Source: Coxiellaceae bacterium (GTDB taxonomy: Bacteria > Pseudomonadota > Gammaproteobacteria > Coxiellales > Coxiellaceae). Taken from it: a DNA stretch of 25,265 nucleotides. A program made the position numbers and the translations under genes. Each line of letters begins with the position of its first letter. Within the stretch, counting starts at the first letter, position 1. This document shows, piece after piece, positions 9,233-18,864 of the stretch. The stretch spans positions 1 to 25,265 of the forward strand of contig JABABC010000159.1 of assembly GCA_014238445.1 (NCBI GenBank), given 5' to 3'. The notes under the pieces are model-generated. The model saw only the letters and a list, made by a program, of their open reading frames with translations, searched no databases and was not told the origin of the DNA.

Positions 9233-10284
9233 AAATTATATCGGGCTACATTCGTCAGTCTATCCTTGAATCTACGTTGTTGTGTTTGTTAACGTTAGCA
9301 GGCGTTCAATGCTTTATTAATTTAATCAATCTCTCTGGGGATCTCGGGAAGGGGTCCTTGACGTTAGGGATGGCTGTATTGGTTGTCTTGATGAAGCTAC
9401 CGGCTGATTTATATCAAATGTTTCCCATGGTGGGTTTTGTGGGTTGTTTGTTAGGTTTAGGGCGTTTATCTTCAAATAGTGAATTGATTGTGATCCGTTC
9501 TTCAGGGGTGTCCGTTGCACGTATTGCGTTAAGTGTAGTATCCGCTGCGGTGATTATGATTGTATTGATGACGGTGGTGGGTGAGGTTATTGCTCCATCA
9601 CTTTCTGAGTCCGCACAATACATTAAACATCCCGATCAAAAACACGGTGCAGCGCATTTGCATGATGTATGGCTGCATGAAGGGCAATCGTTTGTGTACA
9701 TAGCACAAGTGCAATCATCAGATCGAATGCGATCAGTATCTCGTTTTGACTTTGATGATCAGCATCATCTAATCGCCTACTGGAAAGCGCCTCACGCTAT
9801 TAAAGTCAATCAGCAGTGGGTGATGCAAGATGTGACCGTATTGAAAGTCAGAGAAGCTTCTGAGTGGGTTCATTATCAATCATTCCCCTTAAATATGACG
9901 ATACAGCCAGATATGCTCGTTAAAAAGAAGATTGATTTACGGGATGAATCGGTTTCTTATTTGTGGGATAAGTTTCATTATTTGAAGAAGGTGGGCTTGG
10001 ATCAAGGGCAAATCACGTTTACATTGTGGCAACATATCATGCAGCCTTTTACCACCATTGTGATGATTTGTTTGGGTGTTCCATTTACGTTGGGGTCACT
10101 CAGAGACTCGTCGGCCGGTGCTCGACTGGTGATTGGGGTGTTAGTAGGATTTAGTTTTTACATGCTCAATGAATTTTTAGGCCCCATTGCTTTTATTTAT
10201 CAGGTTCCGGCTGGAATAGCGGCCGTTTTGCCATCGTTTTTATTCCTTTCATGTTATGCCATTATGCTGCGCCGGATTGATTAG
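9229..10284 (+). CDS. lptG: LPS export ABC transporter permease LptG
   Basis: LGLGRLSSNSELIVIRSSGVS, GSLR..SAGARL; second of the tandem YjgP/Q pair. Confidence 0.92.
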   Translation: MKIISGYIRQSILESTLLCLLTLAGVQCFINLINLSGDLGKGSLTLGMAVLVVLMKLPADLYQMFPMVGFVGCLLGLGRLSSNSELIVIRSSGVSVARIALSVVSAAVIMIVLMTVVGEVIAPSLSESAQYIKHPDQKHGAAHLHDVWLHEGQSFVYIAQVQSSDRMRSVSRFDFDDQHHLIAYWKAPHAIKVNQQWVMQDVTVLKVREASEWVHYQSFPLNMTIQPDMLVKKKIDLRDESVSYLWDKFHYLKKVGLDQGQITFTLWQHIMQPFTTIVMICLGVPFTLGSLRDSSAGARLVIGVLVGFSFYMLNEFLGPIAFIYQVPAGIAAVLPSFLFLSCYAIMLRRID

Positions 10285-10314
10285 TGATCAACGATTCTTT
10301 ATCAGGAAAATAGT

Positions 10315-11895
10315 ATGGATAAACTCAATGTAGAAGTGGGAAGGCGCTGCGCTTTTGCCATTATTTCTCACCCGGATGCGGGTAAAACGACATTAACTGA
10401 AAAGCTCCTGCTCTTTGGTGGTGCCATTAGTTTGGCGGGCTCAGTCAAGGGACGTAAAGCGAGTCGTCATGCGACATCTGATTGGATGGAGCTAGAAAAG
10501 CAGCGGGGTATTTCTGTGACGACGTCCGTGATGCAGTTTATTTATAATGATCGCGTGGTTAATTTATTGGATACTCCAGGCCATGCCGACTTCTCTGAAG
10601 ATACATACCGAACATTAACTGCTGTTGATTCGGCGTTAATGGTGATTGATGCGGCAAAAGGGGTTGAGGAAAGAACGATCAAACTGATCGATGTGTGTCG
10701 ATTACGCACAACCCCGATTATGACATTCATTAATAAGATGGATCGTGATACCAAAGAGCCTATGGATGTGTTGGATGAGATTGAATCGGTGTTAAAGATT
10801 CAATGTGTTCCCATAACTTGGCCGATTGGTATGGGGAAATCTTTTAAGGGTATTTATCATGTCCTAGAGGATCGTGTGTATTTATATGAAGCCGGTAACC
10901 GTTCTCAAGTGAGTAATATTAATGTGATTGACGGTTTGGCTAATGCTGAATTGGATATCTTGCTAGGCCCGTTGGTCGATCAGCTTCGCGAGGAAGTGGA
11001 GTTAGTGCAAGGTGCTATGCCAGCTTTTAATAGGGAGCGTTATCTTGCTGGAGAGCAAACGCCGGTATTTTTTGGTTCAGCGATTAATAATTTTGGGATT
11101 CGAGAATTATTAAATGCCTTTGTTCATTATGCGCCTGCCCCCCAGCCTCGAAAAACAACCCATGCTCTTGTTGCTCCGGATCATCCTAAGTTCAGTGGTT
11201 TTGTATTTAAAGTGCAAGCCAACATGGATCCATCCCATCGTGATCGCATTGCGTTTTTACGGATTACTTCGGGTCAATATAAAAAAGGCATGAAAATGCA
11301 CCATGTGCGTTTGAATAAATCCATGGCGATTCATAATGCACATACCTTTATGGCAGGTGAGCGAGAGCATGCCGAGGAAGCTTGGCCAGGTGATATCATT
11401 GGTTTGTATAGTCATGGCACGATTCGTATTGGTGATACGTTTACAACGGGTGAGGTATTTAAATTTACGGGTATACCTAACTTTGCACCGGAGTTATTTC
11501 GTTTGGTTCGTTTGAAAGACCCGCTGCGACAAAAAGCCCTGTTAAAAGGACTGATTCAACTATCGGAAGAGGGGGCAACGCAAATTTTTAGACCCTTGTT
11601 GGGTAATGAGTTAATTGTGGGTGCTGTGGGTGTTTTGCAATTTGATGTGGTCGCTTATCGTTTGGAAAATGAATATAACGTACGATGTATTTATGAGTCA
11701 GTGAATACGGTTACGGCACGATGGATTACCGGGGATGATGTAAAGCAGTTGGCAGCTTTTAAGCAGGCACAGCAGCGTTATTTGGCATTGGATGCGGGTG
11801 GTCATTTGACGTACTTGGCGCCATCAAGAGTGAGTTTGGATTTAGCGATTGAGCAGTGGCCTGATATTCAGTTTGCAGCAACGCGTGAGTATTAG
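10315..11895 (+). CDS. prfC: Peptide chain release factor 3
   Basis: [35 protein letters not shown] GTPase motifs; C-terminal ATREY. Confidence 0.99.
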   Translation: MDKLNVEVGRRCAFAIISHPDAGKTTLTEKLLLFGGAISLAGSVKGRKASRHATSDWMELEKQRGISVTTSVMQFIYNDRVVNLLDTPGHADFSEDTYRTLTAVDSALMVIDAAKGVEERTIKLIDVCRLRTTPIMTFINKMDRDTKEPMDVLDEIESVLKIQCVPITWPIGMGKSFKGIYHVLEDRVYLYEAGNRSQVSNINVIDGLANAELDILLGPLVDQLREEVELVQGAMPAFNRERYLAGEQTPVFFGSAINNFGIRELLNAFVHYAPAPQPRKTTHALVAPDHPKFSGFVFKVQANMDPSHRDRIAFLRITSGQYKKGMKMHHVRLNKSMAIHNAHTFMAGEREHAEEAWPGDIIGLYSHGTIRIGDTFTTGEVFKFTGIPNFAPELFRLVRLKDPLRQKALLKGLIQLSEEGATQIFRPLLGNELIVGAVGVLQFDVVAYRLENEYNVRCIYESVNTVTARWITGDDVKQLAAFKQAQQRYLALDAGGHLTYLAPSRVSLDLAIEQWPDIQFAATREY

Positions 11896-11898
11896 TAG

Positions 11899-12627
11899 TT
11901 ACTTATGGATGAGGCCTTTAGCTATTTCGGCGAGTTCAGCTTTATTATTGATGTAGATTTTTTTCTTTTGAATGGAGAGGATGTTTTTACTTTGCAGTTG
12001 GTGAAGTAGTCGACTCACGGTTGCAGGGGCCAGTCGAAGGTAGTTGGCAATGTCTTGATGGGTCATCAATAATTTGCACATGTCATAGCCAAAGCCTAGT
12101 CGTTTGTAATGTTTAACTAGTTGTAAAATAAATTCAGCAATGCGTTGTTCAGCTGTAGTGCGTAGTTGTTTTCGATTGTCATTTCGGATACGTAAATTAA
12201 TGAGCGTAAAAAAATGATCCAGTATGGGTGGGTTTTTTCTGAGTAATTGCTTAAGTTGTTGCATGGGGATCTCGCAGACATGTGTAAAGTCTAATGCGAT
12301 AACAGAAAAAGCTGTTTGTTTTTTATCAATACCTTCCCAGCCAAAGAGTTCCGGAGGGAAGTGGAAATCCATCACGTATTCTTCTCCATCTTCTTTATTA
12401 AAATAACTTTTCAACATCCCTGATCGAATGAGAAAAACTGAATCTGTTAAGGTGCCTTGTCGGCAGAGGTGTTCTCCGGGTTCTAGGCTTCGTGAATGAA
12501 AGGTGAGGTATTTAGCCATTTTAATTGTGTCAGCATCAAGCTTGGCGGGTAGGCAATAAGCCGCCATTTTGCATTGTGAGCAATGGTTGGATTGTGCGGT
12601 CACTGGTTGAGTGAGGGTTCCTTCCAC
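11899..12627 (-). CDS. fnr: FNR/ANR-like Crp-family regulator with four Fe-S cysteines (C16, C19, C25, C118)
   Basis: CxxCx5C plus VCEIP cysteine at FNR spacing; HTH MTHQDIANYLRLAPATVSR; GTG start with GGAGA SD. Confidence 0.85.
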   Translation of the reverse strand: MEGTLTQPVTAQSNHCSQCKMAAYCLPAKLDADTIKMAKYLTFHSRSLEPGEHLCRQGTLTDSVFLIRSGMLKSYFNKEDGEEYVMDFHFPPELFGWEGIDKKQTAFSVIALDFTHVCEIPMQQLKQLLRKNPPILDHFFTLINLRIRNDNRKQLRTTAEQRIAEFILQLVKHYKRLGFGYDMCKLLMTHQDIANYLRLAPATVSRLLHQLQSKNILSIQKKKIYINNKAELAEIAKGLIHK

Positions 12628-12923
12628 TGAGTGTCTCCATGATTAATCAATTAGGTTTGCTGTAGTGCGCCGAGTTATTTTATGTTCCTGTGCGTTTCTT
12701 TGTTCATATTATAATCAATGTAGGCGTTAGATCCTATATGATTTAAAGTACTAATCTTTTCTTAAGTTTATAATTTATTGTGTGACGTGGGATTGTTTAT
12801 TTAGGGTGGGTTATCACTTTTTTGTGAGTATTTTTTATTGGAAAAAAAGGAGTGTCTCTTACAGAGGGCTGCGTATATGCATTATATTTGAATTGATAGG
12901 GTTTTATCAGATGTTAGTTCGAC

Positions 12924-13781
12924 TTAAGCTTTGTCGTTATCTTCGTTATTGTTATCTTTTTTACGTTCAATAGGTGTTGATTTTTCGCCATCGTGAGTGA
13001 TTTCATTATCATTCCATGGGAGGTTTCGGTATTGCGAGTTTTGACCTAATTGAAAGAAGGGATATTTGATGATGTCAAAAAAGGGCGAGTAATCAAAGTC
13101 ACTGGGTGTGGTCATGCGGGTATTGCGGCGAATGACTTGGTATGCCTCATTCTCATCGTCTTTTTTTATTAAAGGTAGTAGCGGAAAGTCAATCGAGGCA
13201 AAGGCATTGGCTACCATTTCTGAGCAAATTTCATTGGTTGTTGAGTTAGATTTATCTTTGAAGAGAGTAGAGCCAATGCGATAAGGTATGAATCGACTGC
13301 GAAGCAGAAATCGTCCCAAGTCAACGAACTGTCGTATATCATACTGTTTACCAACGCGTGAAATGGCATAACCAATCACTGCTTGGGCATCTTTTGAGCT
13401 GATGCCGGTTGGTCGGCAAATGCGCAAGTGGTCATTCTTGTATTTGGACAGTGGTGCTATGTAGGTGCCTTGCCCAATGTGGCTTTCAATAACCAGTCTT
13501 TCATGTGGGGCGCCTTGGTAGTGTTGATGGAGTGCTTCTCTGAGGGTGGGGTCTTCAATATCATGAACTCTTCCAATATAGAGCGCTGAATGACTCCAAG
13601 CGCTTTTTGTAATTTTATTAATGATGAGGCTAATGCGATTGCATCCTTCGACGAGCAAAACATCTGCGGGGCGAATTTCATGGCTTAGGCGGTCAAAGTC
13701 ACAGAGGTAGCCTCGGTTTGGTGCAACTTGTTTCTTGAAGTAAGCAATAATTCGATGGTTAAGCCATGTGGAAATCTTCAT
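12924..13781 (-). CDS. Permuted papain-like NlpC/P60 (YiiX/YebB-like) cysteine hydrolase
   Basis: IRPADVLL, WSHSALYIG (His before Cys), LVIES, GKQYD, ICSEMVA, TPSDF. Confidence 0.85.
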   Translation of the reverse strand: MKISTWLNHRIIAYFKKQVAPNRGYLCDFDRLSHEIRPADVLLVEGCNRISLIINKITKSAWSHSALYIGRVHDIEDPTLREALHQHYQGAPHERLVIESHIGQGTYIAPLSKYKNDHLRICRPTGISSKDAQAVIGYAISRVGKQYDIRQFVDLGRFLLRSRFIPYRIGSTLFKDKSNSTTNEICSEMVANAFASIDFPLLPLIKKDDENEAYQVIRRNTRMTTPSDFDYSPFFDIIKYPFFQLGQNSQYRNLPWNDNEITHDGEKSTPIERKKDNNNEDNDKA

Positions 13782-13833
13782 GCGATACAGTCTATTGGTT
13801 TGATGGATGTGTTAATGATTAGTTTAGTCCGGC

Positions 13834-14346
13834 TTAGGCAGGAGTCAACGAGGGACTATATATTGCCCTATGATTTTTCTTCCAGATGATCCACAGCAAA
13901 AAGACCCCTATAAGTTTTCCGAGGGTCATGACAATGAAGCTGGTTGTGTTAAGTCTGTCAGCAACAGCTAGGAAGACCCAAGTATCTAGAGGGATGCTTG
14001 CTAAGGATGAAATGATGAGTCGTTGTGAGAGTGGCTTACCTGTGTAGGAAAAAAGCAACCAGTCGCAACCCTCGCCCGTTGCAAATCCACAAGCGCTTGC
14101 CATGGCAATGGTGGGGTCAGATAACAAGAAACTGATAATGGTTCCTAGTAGCATAACAATCAGGATGCGATGCTGGATTTCGCGTTGGGCGAGGTCTCGG
14201 ATAATGTAGATGACACCCACTATTAGATCCGCTATGGAGAGTGTGTCACCAAAGGCGTTAAATCCTGGGAGTTTGACGAACAGGATGTTAAGCAGCACGA
14301 TGGTTGTCATATAGCTGAATGTAGCCGTGTAACGAGGAAGCTTCAT
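13834..14346 (-). CDS. VUT family (YhhQ/COG1738-like) small membrane transporter, putative queuosine-precursor uptake
   Basis: RDLAQRE, IAMAS...F..GE..DWLLF, R..ISS..S.PLDT.VF pattern; about 6 TM segments. Confidence 0.75.
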   Translation of the reverse strand: MKLPRYTATFSYMTTIVLLNILFVKLPGFNAFGDTLSIADLIVGVIYIIRDLAQREIQHRILIVMLLGTIISFLLSDPTIAMASACGFATGEGCDWLLFSYTGKPLSQRLIISSLASIPLDTWVFLAVADRLNTTSFIVMTLGKLIGVFLLWIIWKKNHRAIYSPSLTPA

Positions 14347-14463
14347 GCGGCGGATACTAACATACTTCTCGAATATCGCGAGCTATTTCCCCGCCGACAG
14401 TGGGGGTCGATCAAAGAGAGCTGGCTATCAATGGGTGCTGGAAACCCTGGTGAGGGTTCGAGC

Positions 14464-14492
14464 TTGCGCTTCTGTTTTTGGGATGCTATCTT
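14464..14492 (+). promoter_or_regulatory. Candidate sigma70 promoter (extended -10) for tRNA-Val-thrS operon
   Basis: TTGCGC-N17-TATCTT with TG at -15/-14; 29 nt upstream of the tRNA. Confidence 0.55.
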
Positions 14493-14521
14493 TCACCGTT
14501 TGCGAAACCACGCAACCTTTT

Positions 14522-14596
14522 AGGCACGTAGCTCAGGGGTAGAGCACCACCTTGACATGGTGGGGGTCGGCGGTTCGAAACCGCCCGTGCCTACCA
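14522..14596 (+). tRNA. tRNA-Val (GAC)
   Basis: Acceptor stem AGGCACG/CGTGCCT, anticodon arm CCACC-TTGACAT-GGTGG, T-loop TTCGAAA, encoded CCA. Confidence 0.98.
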
Positions 14597-14629
14597 AACT
14601 TACTTATAATAATAAGGTGGATGTCCAGT

Positions 14630-16552
14630 ATGCCCGTGATAACTTTGAGTGATGGATCCACTAAGCCGTTTGATGCTCCTGTTTCTGTGTATGCTGTTGC
14701 GCAATCCATTAGTCCTGGGTTGGCTAAAGCCGCATTGGCAGCGCTTGTCGATGATCGGCTCGTTGATATTTCTCACGAGATCACTCAGGATGCAACGCTA
14801 ACCATTTTGACCGCTAAGGATGGGCTTGCTTTAGAGGTTATTCGTCATTCAACAGCGCATTTATTAGCACAAGCGGTCAAGCAACTTCACCCTGAAGCTC
14901 AGGTCACCATTGGTCCTGTGATTGAAGATGGTTTTTATTATGATTTTGCATACGAGCGCGCGTTTACTCCGGAGGATTTGTTAGCGATTGAAAAGCGGAT
15001 GAAAGAGCTGGTGAAGCAGGCCTTGCCTGTATCACAGCGTGTGATGACGCGTAATGAAGCGATCGCTTTATTTGACAGTCAGGGTGAGCATTATAAAGTC
15101 GACATTATTAAAGATATTGCTGAAAGTGAGGTGCTGACAGCGTACGAGCAAGGTGAGTTTATTGATTTGTGTCGAGGCCCCCATGTGCCCTCAACGGCCT
15201 TCCTTAAAGCCTTTAAGTTAACCAAAGTTGCTGGCGCTTATTGGCGCGGTAATAGTGATAATGCAATGTTGCAACGAATTTATGGTACAGCGTGGGCTGA
15301 TAAGGCTGCCTTAAAAGATTACCTTTATCGTATCGCTGAAGCAGAAAAACGCGATCACCGACAGTTAGCTAAGAAGATGGACCTTTATCATATGCAGGAA
15401 GAAGCTCCGGGTATGGTATTTTGGCATCCTAACGGTTGGACCATTTTTACGGCCATTCAGCAGTACATTCGCGGTAAGTTATTAAAGTATGAGTATCAGG
15501 AAATTAATACACCTATGATGGCAGATATGTCCTTATGGGAGCGCTCTGGGCACGCTGAAAAGTTTGGTGATGAAATGTTTAGTGTGGCCCAAGATGGTCG
15601 TTGTTACGCCATAAAGCCGATGAATTGCCCTGGCCACGTGCAAGTCTTTAAGCAGGGGATTCATAGTTATCGTGATCTTCCTTTGCGTTTGGCCGAATTT
15701 GGTTCATGTCACCGAAATGAGCCGTCTGGCTCATTGCATGGTTTGATGCGTGTTAGAGGGTTAACGCAGGATGATGCACATGTATTTTGTACCCATGAGC
15801 AGATTGGTTCTGAGGTGGGTGCGCTGTTAGCAATGGTCTATGAGTTTTATAAGGACTTTGGTTTCGAAGATGTCGAGGTGAAGTTATCTACACGCCCTGA
15901 AAAACGGATTGGCTCTGATGAGATTTGGGATCAAGCAGAAAAAGCTTTGGCGAACGCGTTAGATGAACGAGGTGTTACTTGGGAAGAGCAGCCTGGCGAG
16001 GGTGCTTTCTATGGCCCTAAGATTGAGTTTACTTTGTACGACTGCTTGCGGCGTGCTTGGCAGTGTGGGACTGTTCAGTTAGATTTTTCTATGCCGGAGC
16101 GTTTAGGGGCTACCTATATTGATGCGGCGGGTGAAAAGCAGACCCCCGTGATGTTGCATCGAGCAATCATTGGTTCATTTGAACGGTTCATTGGTGTCTT
16201 ATTGGAGCATTATGAAGGTAAATTGCCCGTTTGGTTGGCGCCTAGGCAGGTAGTAGTGATGACAATAACTGATTCTCAGCATGATTTTGCGACTGATGTG
16301 GTTAAAAAATTGAAAAAAAGTGGCTTTCGAGTGCAATCGGACTTGAGAAATGAGAAGATCGGCTATAAAATCCGCGAACATACCATTTCTCGTGTACCCT
16401 ATATGGTTATTTTGGGTGACCAGGAATTATCTGATCAAAGATTGACCATTCGAACGTTGGATACTAAGACAATGTTAACTATGACAGTGCCTGAGTTTGT
16501 CGATAGGCTGTGTCAAGATGTGCAATTAAAGAGGAGAGCGCTATCAGAGTAA
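14630..16552 (+). CDS. thrS: Threonine--tRNA ligase
   Basis: MPVITL..GS N-terminus (TGS domain), HSTAH and DLCRGPH editing motifs, [19 protein letters not shown]. The ORF-track start at 14552 lies inside the tRNA and is rejected. Confidence 0.99.
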   Translation: MPVITLSDGSTKPFDAPVSVYAVAQSISPGLAKAALAALVDDRLVDISHEITQDATLTILTAKDGLALEVIRHSTAHLLAQAVKQLHPEAQVTIGPVIEDGFYYDFAYERAFTPEDLLAIEKRMKELVKQALPVSQRVMTRNEAIALFDSQGEHYKVDIIKDIAESEVLTAYEQGEFIDLCRGPHVPSTAFLKAFKLTKVAGAYWRGNSDNAMLQRIYGTAWADKAALKDYLYRIAEAEKRDHRQLAKKMDLYHMQEEAPGMVFWHPNGWTIFTAIQQYIRGKLLKYEYQEINTPMMADMSLWERSGHAEKFGDEMFSVAQDGRCYAIKPMNCPGHVQVFKQGIHSYRDLPLRLAEFGSCHRNEPSGSLHGLMRVRGLTQDDAHVFCTHEQIGSEVGALLAMVYEFYKDFGFEDVEVKLSTRPEKRIGSDEIWDQAEKALANALDERGVTWEEQPGEGAFYGPKIEFTLYDCLRRAWQCGTVQLDFSMPERLGATYIDAAGEKQTPVMLHRAIIGSFERFIGVLLEHYEGKLPVWLAPRQVVVMTITDSQHDFATDVVKKLKKSGFRVQSDLRNEKIGYKIREHTISRVPYMVILGDQELSDQRLTIRTLDTKTMLTMTVPEFVDRLCQDVQLKRRALSE

Positions 16553-17058
16553 AGGCAGCCCGTGTCAATGGGCAAATCCAGGCATCTAAGGTCCGTTTGA
16601 TTGACGATCAGGGTGAGCAAGTTGGTATTGTGAATCTAGACCAGGCACTTGTGAAGTCCCAAGCAGTGGGTTTGGATTTGGTGGAGATTTCTCCAAACGT
16701 TGATCCTCCGGTATGCCGGATTATGGATTACGGTAAGTTTGTGTTTGATAAGAAGAAACGCATGACAGCCGGTAAGAAAAAGCAGCGTCAAACACAACTG
16801 AAGGAGATCAAGTTCCGACCGACAACGGATATTGGTGATTATACCGTTAAGTTGCGTAAGATTGTCGCCTTCCTTGAGCGTGGCGATAAGGTGAAAGTGA
16901 GTTTGCGATTTAGAGGTCGTGAAATTCAACATAAAGAATTGGGTATGGATTTATTGAATCGCATTAAAGGTGATTTGCCGGAAGATGCGGTTGTAGAACA
17001 AGCTCCTAAACTAGAAGGGCGCCAGATGAGTATGGTGGTTGTTTTAGTGAAGAAGTGA
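16543..17058 (+). CDS. infC: Translation initiation factor IF-3, probable non-canonical ATC start
   Basis: VRLID..GEQ.G, DLVEISP...[32 protein letters not shown] (16531-16536) lies 6 nt before an in-frame ATC. Confidence 0.95.
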   Translation: MRVKAARVNGQIQASKVRLIDDQGEQVGIVNLDQALVKSQAVGLDLVEISPNVDPPVCRIMDYGKFVFDKKKRMTAGKKKQRQTQLKEIKFRPTTDIGDYTVKLRKIVAFLERGDKVKVSLRFRGREIQHKELGMDLLNRIKGDLPEDAVVEQAPKLEGRQMSMVVVLVKK

Positions 17059-17188
17059 GTGTAGATAGATCTCGTACGGTATCATGATCCGTGCAGGTCT
17101 TTGGGTAGGTTAAGTGATTCACGTTGACGATTATGATCGTAGATGGGATTTAATCTAGTAAAATCATGTAGATGAAATAGGTGATCGA

Positions 17189-17386
17189 ATGTCAAAATTA
17201 AAAACTAATCGTGGTGCAGCCAAACGATTTAAGCGTACTGGTACGGGAGCATTAAAGCGTCGTCGTGCCAATAGAAATCATATTCTTACCAAAAAAGAAA
17301 CACAGACTAAACGTCAACGTCGCGCAGCAGCACATGTTCATAAAAGCAATTTGCCAGCGATGAACGCGATGTTAGCGGGTCAATAA
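17189..17386 (+). CDS. rpmI: 50S ribosomal protein L35
   Basis: [15 protein letters not shown]...HILTKK. Confidence 0.98.
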   Translation: MSKLKTNRGAAKRFKRTGTGALKRRRANRNHILTKKETQTKRQRRAAAHVHKSNLPAMNAMLAGQ

Positions 17387-17412
17387 TCGATCGATAAAAG
17401 AGGAATGTCATC

Positions 17413-17772
17413 ATGCCAAGAGTAAAACGTGGGGTTACAGCAAGAGCCCGTCATAAAAAAGTACTGAAAAAAGCGAAGGGGTATTACGGTGCTCGTAGTC
17501 GTGTGTATCGCGTAGCTAAACAAGCCGTCATTAAAGCGGGTCAGTATGCTTATCGTGATCGTCGTCAACGTAAACGCCAGTTCCGTGCATTGTGGATTGT
17601 TCGTATTAATGCTGCTGCACGTGATTGTGGTTTGTCTTATAGCCGTTTCATGAATGGTTTGCAGCACGCTGGTGTTGAGTTGGATCGTAAGATTTTAGCT
17701 GAAATGGCAGTGAATGATCGCTTGGCTTTCGGTAAATTAGCAGAGCAAGCTAAGGAAGCGTTAGCCTCTTAG
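17413..17772 (+). CDS. rplT: 50S ribosomal protein L20
   Basis: [28 protein letters not shown]...[12 protein letters not shown]. Confidence 0.99.
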   Translation: MPRVKRGVTARARHKKVLKKAKGYYGARSRVYRVAKQAVIKAGQYAYRDRRQRKRQFRALWIVRINAAARDCGLSYSRFMNGLQHAGVELDRKILAEMAVNDRLAFGKLAEQAKEALAS

Positions 17773-17812
17773 ATGCAATCATCTTGGCGATATTCGCTAT
17801 ATGGAACGACGA

Positions 17813-18832
17813 ATGGATGACAAGATTAGAGGGTTGCTTGAGCAAGCGAAGCAAGATGTTGCAGCGACACAGGATCTAGATCAGCTCGCTGCAGTTAAAT
17901 TGTCTTACATGGGTAAAAAGCAAGGTGAGCTGACAGCTCTGTTGAAGCAGGTGAGTCAGTTAGATCCTGCTGAACGCCCTATCATGGGTAAAGCCGTTAA
18001 TGTTGCTAAAGTGACATTGAATGAGTTATTTGCAAGCCATGAATCTGTATTGAAGGCCCGTGCGTTGACGGAAAAGTTATGCCATGAAACCATTGACGTC
18101 ACTTTGCCGGGTCGTGGCATTGGGCATGGGAGTTTGCACCCGGTTTCACAGGTGGCATCACATGCTACACGCATTCTTACCTCGATGGGTTTCTCTGTTG
18201 AAGAAGGCCCTGAGATTGAGGATGAGTTTCATAATTTCGAAGCGTTGAACATTGCAGAACATCATCCAGCGCGTGACATGCATGACACATTTTACTTTCC
18301 AAACCGATTATTATTGCGTACGCATACGTCTTCCGTGCAAATAAGGGCTATGGAACAACAGTCACCACCATTACGCATTATCACTCCGGGTCGCGTCTAT
18401 CGTGCTGACTCAGACCATACGCATACTCCGATGTTTCATCAGTTAGAAGGATTAGTGGTTGATGAAAGCTGCACTTTTGCTGACTTAAAAGCGATGGTTC
18501 AAGGCTTTCTTAATGCCTTGTTTGGTCGTGAGTTAACCTTGCGTTTTCGTCCCTCTTATTTTCCGTTTACGGAGCCTTCGGCTGAAGTCGATATTCACTA
18601 TCCGGTCATCGATCGCCAAACAGGTGAACCAACGGGTAAGATGGATTGGATGGAAGTCTTAGGGTGTGGGATGGTACACCCCAATGTGTTGGATAACGTC
18701 AATATTGATGCTGAGCGGTATACGGGTTATGCCTTTGGTATTGGGCTTGATCGTTTGGCGATGTTACGTTACGGCATTGCTGATTTACGGACGTTATTCA
18801 GTAATGACTTACGGTTTCTTTCACAGTTTTAG
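17813..18832 (+). CDS. pheS: Phenylalanine--tRNA ligase alpha subunit
   Basis: FHNFEALNI..HHPARDMHDTF, THTPMFHQLEG, FRPSYFPFTEPS. ATG 17813 is preferred (GGAA SD, homologue length); ATG 17801 is an alternative. Confidence 0.98.
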   Translation: MDDKIRGLLEQAKQDVAATQDLDQLAAVKLSYMGKKQGELTALLKQVSQLDPAERPIMGKAVNVAKVTLNELFASHESVLKARALTEKLCHETIDVTLPGRGIGHGSLHPVSQVASHATRILTSMGFSVEEGPEIEDEFHNFEALNIAEHHPARDMHDTFYFPNRLLLRTHTSSVQIRAMEQQSPPLRIITPGRVYRADSDHTHTPMFHQLEGLVVDESCTFADLKAMVQGFLNALFGRELTLRFRPSYFPFTEPSAEVDIHYPVIDRQTGEPTGKMDWMEVLGCGMVHPNVLDNVNIDAERYTGYAFGIGLDRLAMLRYGIADLRTLFSNDLRFLSQF

Positions 18833-18864
18833 TGTCGTTTTCAATTCAGTGATAGGGGATAAGT

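Noticed and set aside
12639-12912. FNR/CRP boxes upstream of fnr (TGAT-TA-ATCA at 12640, TCAC-T6-GTGA near 12814, TGATA-N6-TATCA near 12895)
   Set aside because: Spacing or orientation does not fit TTGAT-N4-ATCAA or TGTGA-N6-TCACA; they might still matter if the variant FNR has a new specificity
14454-14465. GGTTCGAG resembling a tRNA T-loop (possible second or degenerate tRNA)
   Set aside because: The flanking 5-mers (GAGGG/TTGCG) do not form a T-stem, and there is no acceptor or anticodon arm
14552-14629. ORF-track N-terminal extension of thrS and ORF 14345-14542
   Set aside because: They overlap tRNA-Val and its promoter; ThrRS homologues begin at MPVITL (14630)
14597-14629. E. coli-type thrS operator (tRNA-Thr mimic)
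   Set aside because: Only 33 nt separate the tRNA 3' end from the start codon; no hairpins with a Thr anticodon-like loop
14369-17797. Shared 10-mer GCGATATTCG upstream of the VUT gene (minus strand) and of pheS
   Set aside because: Different distances to the starts, unrelated genes, and a short match expected by chance
17773-17812. pheM-type leader peptide attenuator before pheS
   Set aside because: The gap is only 28-40 nt, with no Phe-rich ORF or terminator
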